Of a stretch of 64,000 nt of DNA, positions 17,131-26,257 are shown in pieces. Position 1 is the stretch's first letter; every line of letters starts with the position of its first letter. Source of the DNA: an uncultured Prevotellaceae bacterium (GTDB lineage: Bacteria > Bacteroidota > Bacteroidia > Bacteroidales > Bacteroidaceae). The notes below the pieces were generated by a model, which was not told the origin of the DNA, did not search any database, and saw only the letters and a list, made by a program, of their open reading frames with translations. A program made the position numbers and the translations under genes. The DNA is taken from assembly GCA_902762325.1 (NCBI GenBank), contig CACWNV010000020.1, positions 23,523 through 87,522 on the forward strand, read 5' to 3'.

Positions 17131-18939
17131 CTATTCTACGTACATTTTGTCTATAACATCCTTGTAGTTCTTGCTGATAACACTACGCTTCAGTTTAAGC
17201 GTATTGGTCAGTTCCCCACTCTCCATAGAGAAATGATGAGGAATAAGTGTGATACGCTTAACCTGTTCATAATGAGCCAGCCGCTGCTGCAGGGTGTCTA
17301 CACGCTCCATGAGCATATCGTGAACCTGCTGATTGGCACAAAGTTCTTCTCGAGAATCAAACTTCAAGCCCTTTTCCCTTGCCCATTCTTCTACGACACG
17401 GAATTCGGGAACTACCAGCGCAGACACGAACTTACGCTGGTCGGCTATCACAGCAATCTGATCGATATACTTGTCAACCAGCATCATGGCCTCAACCATC
17501 TGAGGAGCAATGTACTTTCCGTTACTTGTCTTATATAAATCCTTAATGCGCTCTGTCAGGAACAGCTCACCGTCACGCATGTATCCAGCATCTCCTGTAT
17601 GGAAATAGCCGTCTGCATCAAAAGCAGTTTTGTTCACATCATCCCGGTTGAAATAACCACAGGTGATGGTCGGACCCTTCAGCAGGATTTCATTGTTCTC
17701 GCTGATTTTAATGTCAATACCTTCTATCGGCCTTCCGACAGATCCGATGGTATATGGTTCGCCGCGATGGTCACAAGAAACTGTGGCAAGGCTCTCCGTG
17801 AGTCCATAGCCGACAATCATATCAATACCGACAGAATGGACGAATTCCTCAACCTCAGGTGAAACGTATGCGCCGGCTGTCGGGAAGAAGTTGGCATTCT
17901 CCAAGCCAATCTCCTTACGAACAAGACTTAATATCGAATTGTTTATAAACTTATACTCTAAAGCTAATGCCAAAGGCGGGCGCTTACCACGACTCAGATA
18001 GTCAATGTTATATTTGCGACCAACCGACAAAGCATGTCTGAATATCATCTGTTTAGCCTTGCTCGATGCTCCTATCTTCTCCTTCACAGCGATAAACACT
18101 TTCTCCCAGAAACGTGGAACGCTCGACATACAGGTAGGATGAGTCTCGCGCATCGACTGCTGAATCTCTTTCGGATAGGTATTCAGAATCAGCTCTGCTC
18201 CGACTGTCAAACAAAGATACGACCATCCCCGTTCAAAAATATGGGCCAAAGGAAGGAAATTAATGACCCTGTCTTTATTTGTAATGGGCACACATTTCCC
18301 ATTTGCCTCCATGGCAGCGTGATACTGGCTGTATTTAAGGATAACGCCTTTCGAGTCACCTGTCGTGCCACTCGTATAGATAATATTACAGATATCCTCT
18401 TCATTGGCCTGCTTCCAGAGTTCCTCCACTTGTGACTGACGTGGAAGATTCTCACCTAAAGCAATAAAGTCTTCGAAATAAAGGGCGTTGGGATCGTGTG
18501 AACTGACCCTGACACTATGGTCAAAAATAATGATCCGCTCCAATGTCGGGCAAAGAGGGAACACACGATGAGCCTTGTCATACTGCTCCTGTTCACCCAC
18601 AAAAAGGAATCGCACCTTTGCATCCTGAACAACATATTGTATTTGTTGTTCACTTGATGTGGCATAAATAGGAATAGAAACTACCCGTATGCCATAAGCA
18701 CCGAAGTCTGTATACAGATACTGGATACAATTCTGGGAGAAGACGGCTATGTTTTCCTGGGGAACCATTCCCAGATTCAACATGGCATTACTTACTTGTT
18801 TAACCCTTAATGAGAATTGTTTCCATGAAACACTCTTCCACTCTAAGCTGCCGAAAGCCCTAAAAGTAAGAGCCGGACGAGCACCATATACCTTTGCCTG
18901 CTCGTGAATCAGCACCGAAAGATGACTTTTGTTCTGCAT
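17131..18939 (-). CDS. Long-chain fatty acid--CoA ligase (AMP-dependent synthetase)
   Basis: 602 aa; AMP-binding motif IYTSGTTGDSKGV, GYGLTE, TGDAG. Confidence 0.88.
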   Translation of the reverse strand: MQNKSHLSVLIHEQAKVYGARPALTFRAFGSLEWKSVSWKQFSLRVKQVSNAMLNLGMVPQENIAVFSQNCIQYLYTDFGAYGIRVVSIPIYATSSEQQIQYVVQDAKVRFLFVGEQEQYDKAHRVFPLCPTLERIIIFDHSVRVSSHDPNALYFEDFIALGENLPRQSQVEELWKQANEEDICNIIYTSGTTGDSKGVILKYSQYHAAMEANGKCVPITNKDRVINFLPLAHIFERGWSYLCLTVGAELILNTYPKEIQQSMRETHPTCMSSVPRFWEKVFIAVKEKIGASSKAKQMIFRHALSVGRKYNIDYLSRGKRPPLALALEYKFINNSILSLVRKEIGLENANFFPTAGAYVSPEVEEFVHSVGIDMIVGYGLTESLATVSCDHRGEPYTIGSVGRPIEGIDIKISENNEILLKGPTITCGYFNRDDVNKTAFDADGYFHTGDAGYMRDGELFLTERIKDLYKTSNGKYIAPQMVEAMMLVDKYIDQIAVIADQRKFVSALVVPEFRVVEEWAREKGLKFDSREELCANQQVHDMLMERVDTLQQRLAHYEQVKRITLIPHHFSMESGELTNTLKLKRSVISKNYKDVIDKMYVE

Positions 18940-19146
18940 AAGTAATCGTGTTATTTATTGCAAAAGTAGTGTAAAATGGGCAAAAAAGCAAATAAATCAT
19001 CATTTATTTTGGCAATTTGTTCAAATTGTATGTTTTTAGCCCAAGTCAGTCATCATAAAGTTGTTCGTGCTTGTTTTCCTATTTGTATTTGGTTGGCTGC
19101 CAATATTTTAGTATATCATACTTAAGAAGCAGGAAGATAACTTGTT

Positions 19147-20253
19147 CTATAATACGACTTTCTTACCTTTTTTTATATAAATACCACGCGATGGATTATC
19201 CACCCGCTGCCCGTTCAGGGAATACAGGATATCCTTTTCCTTTGAATCATTAACAAGATGTGCAGACACTGACGACACCGGGAGCGACAGCGTGACAGAG
19301 ATATTGCTCTGCCCTCCCTTAAGGAACGCTTTAAGTTCATCAGCCGAGAGGCCGGCTATCTTGCCTAAACGGGTGTAACTATACGAATTAGAACCATAGA
19401 AGATACAGATATTACTGCCACCATAGAGGACGACATCACCAGGCTGACCATTGATATACTCATTGCTTGTAGGCAGAGAGAAACCCAGTGAGCCCCAAAT
19501 CTCAAAGTCTCCGTTGGTGTTGAGAGTCACTGTGACTGCACCTTCCTGAAGCTTCGCAACAAGTGCCTGTGTGGCAGCATTATCAACGAGTGTCACAGCC
19601 TGCACCTTGCCGTCGATAGTCAGATTCATTGTCTGTGTTTCCATATTGCTTTGCTTGAAATTCAGTTTCTTAAGCCAATCCTGCAGCAGAGAGGCTGTTT
19701 TGCTACGATTCGAGTTGTTTATCCAAAGTGCATCGCCCATCCATGTCACATCAGGCAAGAGCCGTTTGGCATCAGCCACCACGCCACTTATACCACTCGA
19801 ATGGCTCGACACGACGAGGGCTACATTCTTGCCCGACAATTTCGAAGCATTCTGGAAGAGGTATGACTGCATGATTGCCGCCATCTGACTCCACCAAAGG
19901 GGAGTCACGATGATGACATTCTGATAACTGTCAAGTGAAGTCTGGACAGGATCGATGGCTGGATAGCTGTTACCATCATTAGGATTGGCTTTGATTGCAT
20001 TGAGCAACTGCGTTCCCAAAGCATAGTTGTTAGCTTCATATTTCAGTCCTTTTTCGGCAGGTTGAACCTCCAACACATCAGCCTCCAACTGTTTAGTCAT
20101 CGTGTTTACAATGGCACTACAGTTACCCGTATAGCTATAATAGACTATCAATGTTTTCCCCTTATTCACGACCGGATTACTCTCCTGAGCCTCGTTCTCG
20201 GTTGAACATCCCATCAACAGGATGGACAGAAGAATGATTATTTGCCTATACAT
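19147..20253 (-). CDS. Lipoprotein with flavodoxin-like and cyclophilin-like domains and a short T9SS-CTD-like tail
   Basis: Lipobox LLMGC; KTLIVYYSYTGN (flavodoxin-like); GDVVLYGGSNICIFYGSNSYSYTRLG (cyclophilin-like fold family); tail ILYSLNGQRVDNPSRGIYIKKGKKVVL. Confidence 0.65.
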   Translation of the reverse strand: MYRQIIILLSILLMGCSTENEAQESNPVVNKGKTLIVYYSYTGNCSAIVNTMTKQLEADVLEVQPAEKGLKYEANNYALGTQLLNAIKANPNDGNSYPAIDPVQTSLDSYQNVIIVTPLWWSQMAAIMQSYLFQNASKLSGKNVALVVSSHSSGISGVVADAKRLLPDVTWMGDALWINNSNRSKTASLLQDWLKKLNFKQSNMETQTMNLTIDGKVQAVTLVDNAATQALVAKLQEGAVTVTLNTNGDFEIWGSLGFSLPTSNEYINGQPGDVVLYGGSNICIFYGSNSYSYTRLGKIAGLSADELKAFLKGGQSNISVTLSLPVSSVSAHLVNDSKEKDILYSLNGQRVDNPSRGIYIKKGKKVVL

Positions 20254-20298
20254 CGCCTATAATAATATTGGAATGATAAACATTTCGAAATAGCAATC

Positions 20299-21408
20299 TT
20301 ATTTCAGGTTCTCTTTGAAGAACGAATCCATCTTGTCGTAAGGAATCACTCCTGCCTCATCGTCATAGAGGTCAACGTGTGAGGCTCCTGGGATAATAAG
20401 CAGTTCCTTATTACTAACGACCTTGCTTTCCCCCTCCACATGAATCCCAGTCATCTTCTCAAAAGCATACTCACTGAAGTAGCGGCTATGAGCCTTTTCA
20501 CCATGAATAAGCAACACGGGGTTCTCTATCTCCTGTGCCCATGCAAGGAGGGGCTGGTTGAGGAATGACTGGCAACCGATCGTATTCCATCCGTCATTTG
20601 AGTTGCCACTGCGCTTGTGGTAGCCGCGCTTTGTTTTGTAGTAGGCATGATAATCCTTGACAAACCAGGGGGCATCTTCAGGCAACGGGTCGATAACACC
20701 GCCAGCACGCTGATAGCTACCTGCCTTATAATCGGCAGTACGTTGAGCAGCCAGTGCCTTGCGTTTTTCCATACGCTGTTGTGGTGTGTCCTCGCTTTTG
20801 AAGTATCCCTCCACATTCACCTTGCTCATGTCGTACATCGTCGAAGCAACTGTAGCCTTAATGCGCGGGTCAAGGGCTGCGGCATTGACAGCCATGCCAC
20901 CGAAACCGCAAATACCAATGATACCGATACGCTCAGGATCGACATTATCCTGCACGGAAAGGAAATCTACTGCGGCAAGGAAGTCTTCTGTGTTGATGTC
21001 GGGCGAAGCCATGCGACGAGGCTCTCCACCGCTCTCTCCCGTGAATGAAGGGTCAAAAGCAATAGTGAGGTATCCGCGCTCTGCCATGTGCTGGGCATAG
21101 AGGCCGCTCGACTGTTCCTTAACAGCTCCGAAAGGACCGGAAACTGCGATAGCAGCCAACTTACCCTCAGCATTCTTGGGGGTGTACATATCGGCAGCGA
21201 GTTCGATGCCATAACGGTTGTGGAACGTTACTTTCTTATGATCTACTTTGTCACTCTTAGGAAAAGTCTTATCCCATTCTTCAGTCAGTTGCAATGTTGT
21301 TTTCATATTATTGTTACTTGTTTGATTGTTTGTCTCTTTATTGTTGCATGCTGTGAGCATTCCCGCAACAAGTAATAATGTTATTAATCTCGTTTTCATC
21401 ATAATCAT
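20299..21408 (-). CDS. Alpha/beta hydrolase lipoprotein
   Basis: Lipobox MLTAC; nucleophile elbow GICGFGG; PGASHVDLY near the C-terminus. Confidence 0.75.
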   Translation of the reverse strand: MIMMKTRLITLLLVAGMLTACNNKETNNQTSNNNMKTTLQLTEEWDKTFPKSDKVDHKKVTFHNRYGIELAADMYTPKNAEGKLAAIAVSGPFGAVKEQSSGLYAQHMAERGYLTIAFDPSFTGESGGEPRRMASPDINTEDFLAAVDFLSVQDNVDPERIGIIGICGFGGMAVNAAALDPRIKATVASTMYDMSKVNVEGYFKSEDTPQQRMEKRKALAAQRTADYKAGSYQRAGGVIDPLPEDAPWFVKDYHAYYKTKRGYHKRSGNSNDGWNTIGCQSFLNQPLLAWAQEIENPVLLIHGEKAHSRYFSEYAFEKMTGIHVEGESKVVSNKELLIIPGASHVDLYDDEAGVIPYDKMDSFFKENLK

Positions 21409-21584
21409 TTTATTACAGGCTTTCTTTCAGTTCAGTTATTCTGAATGCAAAGATACTCACATTATTATATATATACATTACACAAAAAGCATAAAAGTCT
21501 ACCAATTTTACAGATTTTCTTATAATTCTAGATTATTTCCAACCTTTTTTTACAACTATCATCTGGAGTTCACGCATTTATTAG

Positions 21585-21592
21585 TATCTTTG
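21585..21592 (+). promoter_or_regulatory. -7 box TAtcTTTG, 5 nt before the AraC-family ATG
   Basis: TATCTTTGCAACAATG: the box ends at 21592 and the ATG is at 21598. Confidence 0.45.
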
Positions 21593-21597
21593 CAACA

Positions 21598-22491
21598 ATG
21601 AAGAAGATACTGAAAGTTGATAATCCCAATGTCTATGCCCGGCATGTGAGTGCACCGGAGTTGCACCCATTACTGAGCATCATTCACTATGATGACGTGT
21701 CACCCCTTCATAACAGTCTGAACAACTATGGCGTGTACGGACTATTCATACAGCGTGAGTTTCCTAAGAATCTGTCTTACGGCACCCGCATGCTGCAAGT
21801 GAGTGATGCCTCCATCATTGCCGTGGCCCCAGGACAGTTAGGAGGTGCTGAAGACAATGGAGAACTGTTGACTCTGAGCGGATGGGCTGTGCTGTGGTCA
21901 CCTGAACTGATGCACAATACCGACTTGGAAGCAAGAATGCGCGACTACCATTTCTTTTCCTATTTCGTGACGGAATCCTTGCAGATGGAACCTTCCGAGT
22001 GGCTCTTCATTACGCAACTGATCAGTCAGATGCGACAAGAACTGGAGATGAACGAAGACTCTCCTTCCCTCCGCAAAGTCCTGTTAGGCTATCTGCGCCT
22101 GCTGTTGGAATATTGTAACAGAATCTACCTGCGCCAGCTCTCTGCAGATACCAAGGACACGACTGATATACTGAAGCGCTTCCATGCACTGCTCGAACAG
22201 TATTTCTTTGATGGCAAACAACATCAGTTGGGGTTGCCTACCGTATCATATTGTGCCTCTGAAATGGCCTATTCATCACACTACTTCGGTGACCTTTTCC
22301 GTCGGGCGACAGGCACAACGGCTATCAACTATATTCACACCTATGTTATAAATATAGGTAAGAGCCTGCTGATGCAGGGACACAACATCAGCGAGACATC
22401 CCGCATGCTGGGTTTTGAGTTCCCCCACCATTTCACACGGCTTTTCAAGAAGATTACCGGTATCACGCCCAGTGAGTTTTTAGGGAAATAG
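21598..22491 (+). CDS. AraC family transcriptional regulator
   Basis: 297 aa; C-terminal double HTH (ETSRMLGFEFPHHFTRLFKKITGITPSEF). Confidence 0.88.
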   Translation: MKKILKVDNPNVYARHVSAPELHPLLSIIHYDDVSPLHNSLNNYGVYGLFIQREFPKNLSYGTRMLQVSDASIIAVAPGQLGGAEDNGELLTLSGWAVLWSPELMHNTDLEARMRDYHFFSYFVTESLQMEPSEWLFITQLISQMRQELEMNEDSPSLRKVLLGYLRLLLEYCNRIYLRQLSADTKDTTDILKRFHALLEQYFFDGKQHQLGLPTVSYCASEMAYSSHYFGDLFRRATGTTAINYIHTYVINIGKSLLMQGHNISETSRMLGFEFPHHFTRLFKKITGITPSEFLGK

Positions 22492-22593
22492 CAACGAAGA
22501 ATAAAAAGACTGGAAGATTCCTGCCTTTATTTTCATTCTCTTTTGTATTTTTGTAGCCGAAAAAAAGATAACCGTCAGAAAAAGAACCAGATA

Positions 22594-23670
22594 ATGAATA
22601 TTACTCCTTACACCAATGATGCTGTGGCATTGCTTCAAAAGCTGATTAGCATTCCCCGCACAAGCAGGGATGAGACAAAAGCTGCCGACCTACTTGAACA
22701 ACAACTGCACAACTGGGGGATAGCCTGCAAGCGAGATGGAAACAACATCTGGTGCATCTGTTCTGACTATCAACCCGAACAAGAAACGATCCTGCTCAAC
22801 GCTCATATAGACACCGTGAAGCCAGTGAATTCTTGGACACGCAATCCTTTTGTTCCGTCAATTGAAGGCGATACAATCTATGGATTGGGAAGCAACGATT
22901 GTGGCGGCGGACTGGTTAGCCTGCTCATGGCATTCAGGATCCTGACAGACAACGGGCGGAGACAGACAGAGATTGACGGGAGGAAATACAATCTGATCTA
23001 TCTCGCTTCAGCTGAAGAAGAAGTGTCCGGGCAGAACGGCATCAGCAGTGTTCTTCCGCTATTACCTCCCATCAGTGTGGCAATCGTCGGAGAACCCACA
23101 AGCATGCAGCCTGCCGTGGCAGAAAAGGGATTGATGGTAATCGACATGAAAGCACTGGGGAAAAGCGGTCATGCAGCACGTGGTGAGGGAATCAATGCTA
23201 TCTATCAGATGCTGGATGACCTGACATGGATTCGCAACTATCGTTTTGAGAAGGTCAGTGAGTTCTTGGGACCGACACAGATGCAGGTAACTGTGATTAA
23301 TGCAGGAACCCAGCACAATGTCGTGCCAGACGTCTGTTCTGCCATCATTGATGTGCGGACCAATGAACTATACACCAATGAGGAAGTTTTCGAACTGATT
23401 CGCAATCACGTGAAGTCTGAAGTCAAAGCACGGTCTTTCCGCCTGCATTCATCCTGCATCGACACCAGCCATCCTCTCATCAGAAAACTCGAAGAAATGG
23501 GGAAAAAGCCGTTCGGTTCTCCGACATTAAGCGACCAGGCACTCATGCCTTTCCCGTCCTTCAAGCTCGGACCTGGTGACAGCTGTCGTTCGCACTCGGC
23601 TGATGAGTTCATCAAAATAAAAGAGATTCAGGATGCCATAGAAACATACCTGAATCTCCTTCGGTCATAA
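22594..23670 (+). CDS. M20 family metallohydrolase (ArgE/DapE-like deacylase)
   Basis: 358 aa from MNITPYTNDAVALLQKLISIPRTS; LNAHIDTV, EEEVSG, and a dimerisation domain. Confidence 0.8.
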   Translation: MNITPYTNDAVALLQKLISIPRTSRDETKAADLLEQQLHNWGIACKRDGNNIWCICSDYQPEQETILLNAHIDTVKPVNSWTRNPFVPSIEGDTIYGLGSNDCGGGLVSLLMAFRILTDNGRRQTEIDGRKYNLIYLASAEEEVSGQNGISSVLPLLPPISVAIVGEPTSMQPAVAEKGLMVIDMKALGKSGHAARGEGINAIYQMLDDLTWIRNYRFEKVSEFLGPTQMQVTVINAGTQHNVVPDVCSAIIDVRTNELYTNEEVFELIRNHVKSEVKARSFRLHSSCIDTSHPLIRKLEEMGKKPFGSPTLSDQALMPFPSFKLGPGDSCRSHSADEFIKIKEIQDAIETYLNLLRS

Positions 23671-23683
23671 TTGATTTATCCTT

Positions 23684-25333
23684 TTATCTTTTCAGCCAAG
23701 CTTCAGGATTCAGCTTCGCCTTCTCATGGCGTAGCTGGAACTGTAGGATATTGTCTGTTCCGACAGAACCCATCGCCTGACCTGTAGACACTTTCTGTCC
23801 CCTACTCACAGTCACCGACTTCAGATTACAATAGACGGATATATATGCGCCATGACGAACCATGACAACCCATGTACCGGCATAACTGAAGACAGCACTC
23901 ACCTCTCCATCATAGATGGAACGAGCCATGCATCCGGGCTTTCCGAGAATGTTGATACCCTTATTGTCAAGTGTCACATTCTTTAACCCCTCCACATTGT
24001 ACTGTCCAAAGTGGCTCACAATCTTATAACTACCTGTGATAGGCATTGGCAGACGACCTTTGTTTGCGGCAAAGCCACCACTCATCATCCTGTCGATAGA
24101 GCTCATCCGCATGCCCTCGTCGTTCTCCTTCACGACTTCCTCTATCTCTTTCTTGGCACGCTCTTCCTCTGCACGAGCCTTACGCTCGACAGCCAGACGC
24201 TCCGCCTCGGCTTCACGGGCGGCCTGTTCTGCACGTGCCTTTCGGTCTGATGCAGCAGCGATAGCTGCTTCACGAGCCTCTTCACGCTTTGCCTTCGCTT
24301 CAGCCAAAGCTGCATCACGGGCTTCAGCCTTTGCCTTTTCCTCACGTTCTCTTGCTTCAGCCAACCGGCGGTTATTCTCACGGGCAGCAGCCTCAGCTGC
24401 AGCTTTCTTTCGTGCCAGCTGTTCCTCGGCACGTTTCTTTGCCGCGGCTTCAGCTGCGGCTTTACGCTTAGCCTCTGCCTCGGCACGCACACGTGCCTTC
24501 TCCACTTCTATGGCTATCAACCGGTCAATCTGTGCATTAAGGGCAGCATCTTTCTTACGTTGCTCAACAAGAATGCCTTGAATGGTTTTCTGTTGCTTTT
24601 GCAACGAAGAGACAATCTTTTTCTGCTCGTCCTGCTGAACCTCTAAGGTCTGACGTTCCTTTTTGTCTTTCGACAACAGCACATGCTTCTGTCCCTTGAC
24701 ATTCTCAAGCTGTTTCTGTTTATCCGTCACCTGTGCCTGCTTGGCTTTTACCAGTTCTCCCTGAGCACGCTGATAGTCAGCATACTGATGGACAAAACGG
24801 ACACGACGGAACATCTGGGCAAAATTCTTGGCAGAGAAAACAAACATCAGTTTATCCTGCACATTCCGATAACGGGCAAGATAACGCATCGACTGCACAT
24901 ATTTCTCTTTGCGGTCTTCAAGTTGTGTCTTCAATGTCTGGAGCTGTGCCTTCAGAATATTGATGTTCCCATCGATATTGGTAATATCCTGTTGTATGCC
25001 CTCAATGCTTTTCTGCCGTTCATCAATGGCTGTATTCAGCAGCAGCAGATTCTGTAGACGCTGCTTCACATCTTCCTGATTGGCCTTGAGAGCCTTCTCC
25101 TGAACATGAATCTCTTTCTGGATCTGCGTACGTTGATTCTGCAGTCCTTTAATTGAAGGTGTAGAGTAGTCAGACTTATTCACCGTCGTCTTTGCAGATT
25201 TTCCCTTTTTCTTCTGCACCGGCTTCTTGGTGACGGTGGTCGTCTGTTTCTTTTTCTGTACAGGCTTCTTGTTCTGAGCACCCAATGGTAACGTCAAAAG
25301 AGAAACCAGCAGAATACCGATTATCTTTCTCAT
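23684..25333 (-). CDS. M23 family peptidoglycan DD-metalloendopeptidase / EnvC-like murein hydrolase activator
   Basis: 549 aa; signal peptide, long coiled-coil with an A/E/K/R low-complexity core, C-terminal LytM/M23 domain. Confidence 0.85.
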   Translation of the reverse strand: MRKIIGILLVSLLTLPLGAQNKKPVQKKKQTTTVTKKPVQKKKGKSAKTTVNKSDYSTPSIKGLQNQRTQIQKEIHVQEKALKANQEDVKQRLQNLLLLNTAIDERQKSIEGIQQDITNIDGNINILKAQLQTLKTQLEDRKEKYVQSMRYLARYRNVQDKLMFVFSAKNFAQMFRRVRFVHQYADYQRAQGELVKAKQAQVTDKQKQLENVKGQKHVLLSKDKKERQTLEVQQDEQKKIVSSLQKQQKTIQGILVEQRKKDAALNAQIDRLIAIEVEKARVRAEAEAKRKAAAEAAAKKRAEEQLARKKAAAEAAARENNRRLAEAREREEKAKAEARDAALAEAKAKREEAREAAIAAASDRKARAEQAAREAEAERLAVERKARAEEERAKKEIEEVVKENDEGMRMSSIDRMMSGGFAANKGRLPMPITGSYKIVSHFGQYNVEGLKNVTLDNKGINILGKPGCMARSIYDGEVSAVFSYAGTWVVMVRHGAYISVYCNLKSVTVSRGQKVSTGQAMGSVGTDNILQFQLRHEKAKLNPEAWLKR

Positions 25334-26257
25334 TTATAGTTTCAATAGCTTACTCAATAGAACATTAGCATCAACTCTCTTATACTTAGAAGACACCTGT
25401 GTGCGCGTTTCCCATCCGTCCTTGTCCTTCGGATCCGACATGTCAATCGTCACCTTCACATTCTTTGCCGTTTTGGTGGCTGTCGTTGAGAACTGGAACT
25501 CCTGACGGGCAGGGTATAACTTCGTACCGATGTTCTTAAAGTCAGAGTATAACCACATCAGGGAAGACGCACCGCTACCCGTGCTGACATATTCTACGTT
25601 CGTCATCAGGATCTGACCTGTCGAATTGGATGCTGTCCAGTTGTATTTCAGGTTTCCTTTTTCAAGCACCACAGGAGTGCTGGTTGCCGTCACAGCACTG
25701 CCCAGCTTAAACATATTAAAATCGTTTTGAGATACCGTCTTCACCCCAGGGGCAGACAACTCATTCCAGAACAGAGCCTGAAGGGTATAGAAGCTGATAC
25801 CATTATTGCGCAGGAAGTCCAGCGCATTGTAGTCACCTCTCAGATATTCCTTGTGCATACGGTCTATAATGAGTACCTCGTTGGGCGTAAACTCAATACG
25901 TCCGACCTCCGTCCCCAGCAAGGGGATGAACAATTGCAGACGGATCACTTCATCACGGCGCATGTGGACTGAGCCGGGTACCGTAATGTCATTGTTGCCG
26001 GACTTGAGTGTAAACGACATATCAGACACGATGTTCTTTGCATACACTCTGTTGGCTGCCACCTTTTCAAGGAAGGCATACGATTCAACAGACTGTGACT
26101 GCTGACCTGCCGAAGCTTTGCCACTGACCGGGACAACTGCTGACCCAGTATTTTTACCTGTCTCGGAAACTGCATTTTTCTGTGTGCGGCATGATACGAG
26201 CAGCAACATACAGGTAATTGCTGACAATATCAACCAGTTATTTCTATTCATCTTCAT
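25334..26257 (-). CDS. DUF4292 (LolB-like) lipoprotein
   Basis: Lipobox LLVSC; sits in the TPR - DUF4292 - M23 gene order that I recall as conserved in Bacteroidales. Confidence 0.65.
   Translation of the reverse strand: MKMNRNNWLILSAITCMLLLVSCRTQKNAVSETGKNTGSAVVPVSGKASAGQQSQSVESYAFLEKVAANRVYAKNIVSDMSFTLKSGNNDITVPGSVHMRRDEVIRLQLFIPLLGTEVGRIEFTPNEVLIIDRMHKEYLRGDYNALDFLRNNGISFYTLQALFWNELSAPGVKTVSQNDFNMFKLGSAVTATSTPVVLEKGNLKYNWTASNSTGQILMTNVEYVSTGSGASSLMWLYSDFKNIGTKLYPARQEFQFSTTATKTAKNVKVTIDMSDPKDKDGWETRTQVSSKYKRVDANVLLSKLLKL

Noticed and set aside
16277-17167. 296-aa ORF antisense to prfB
   Set aside because: prfB is certain (SPF and GGQ motifs); the antisense translation has no recognisable features.
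24036-24581. Several 60-180-aa ORFs on both strands inside the M23/EnvC-like gene
   Set aside because: They arise from the GC-rich A/E/K/R low-complexity coiled-coil segment, giving Ala/Ser/Arg-rich nonsense translations with no independent signals.
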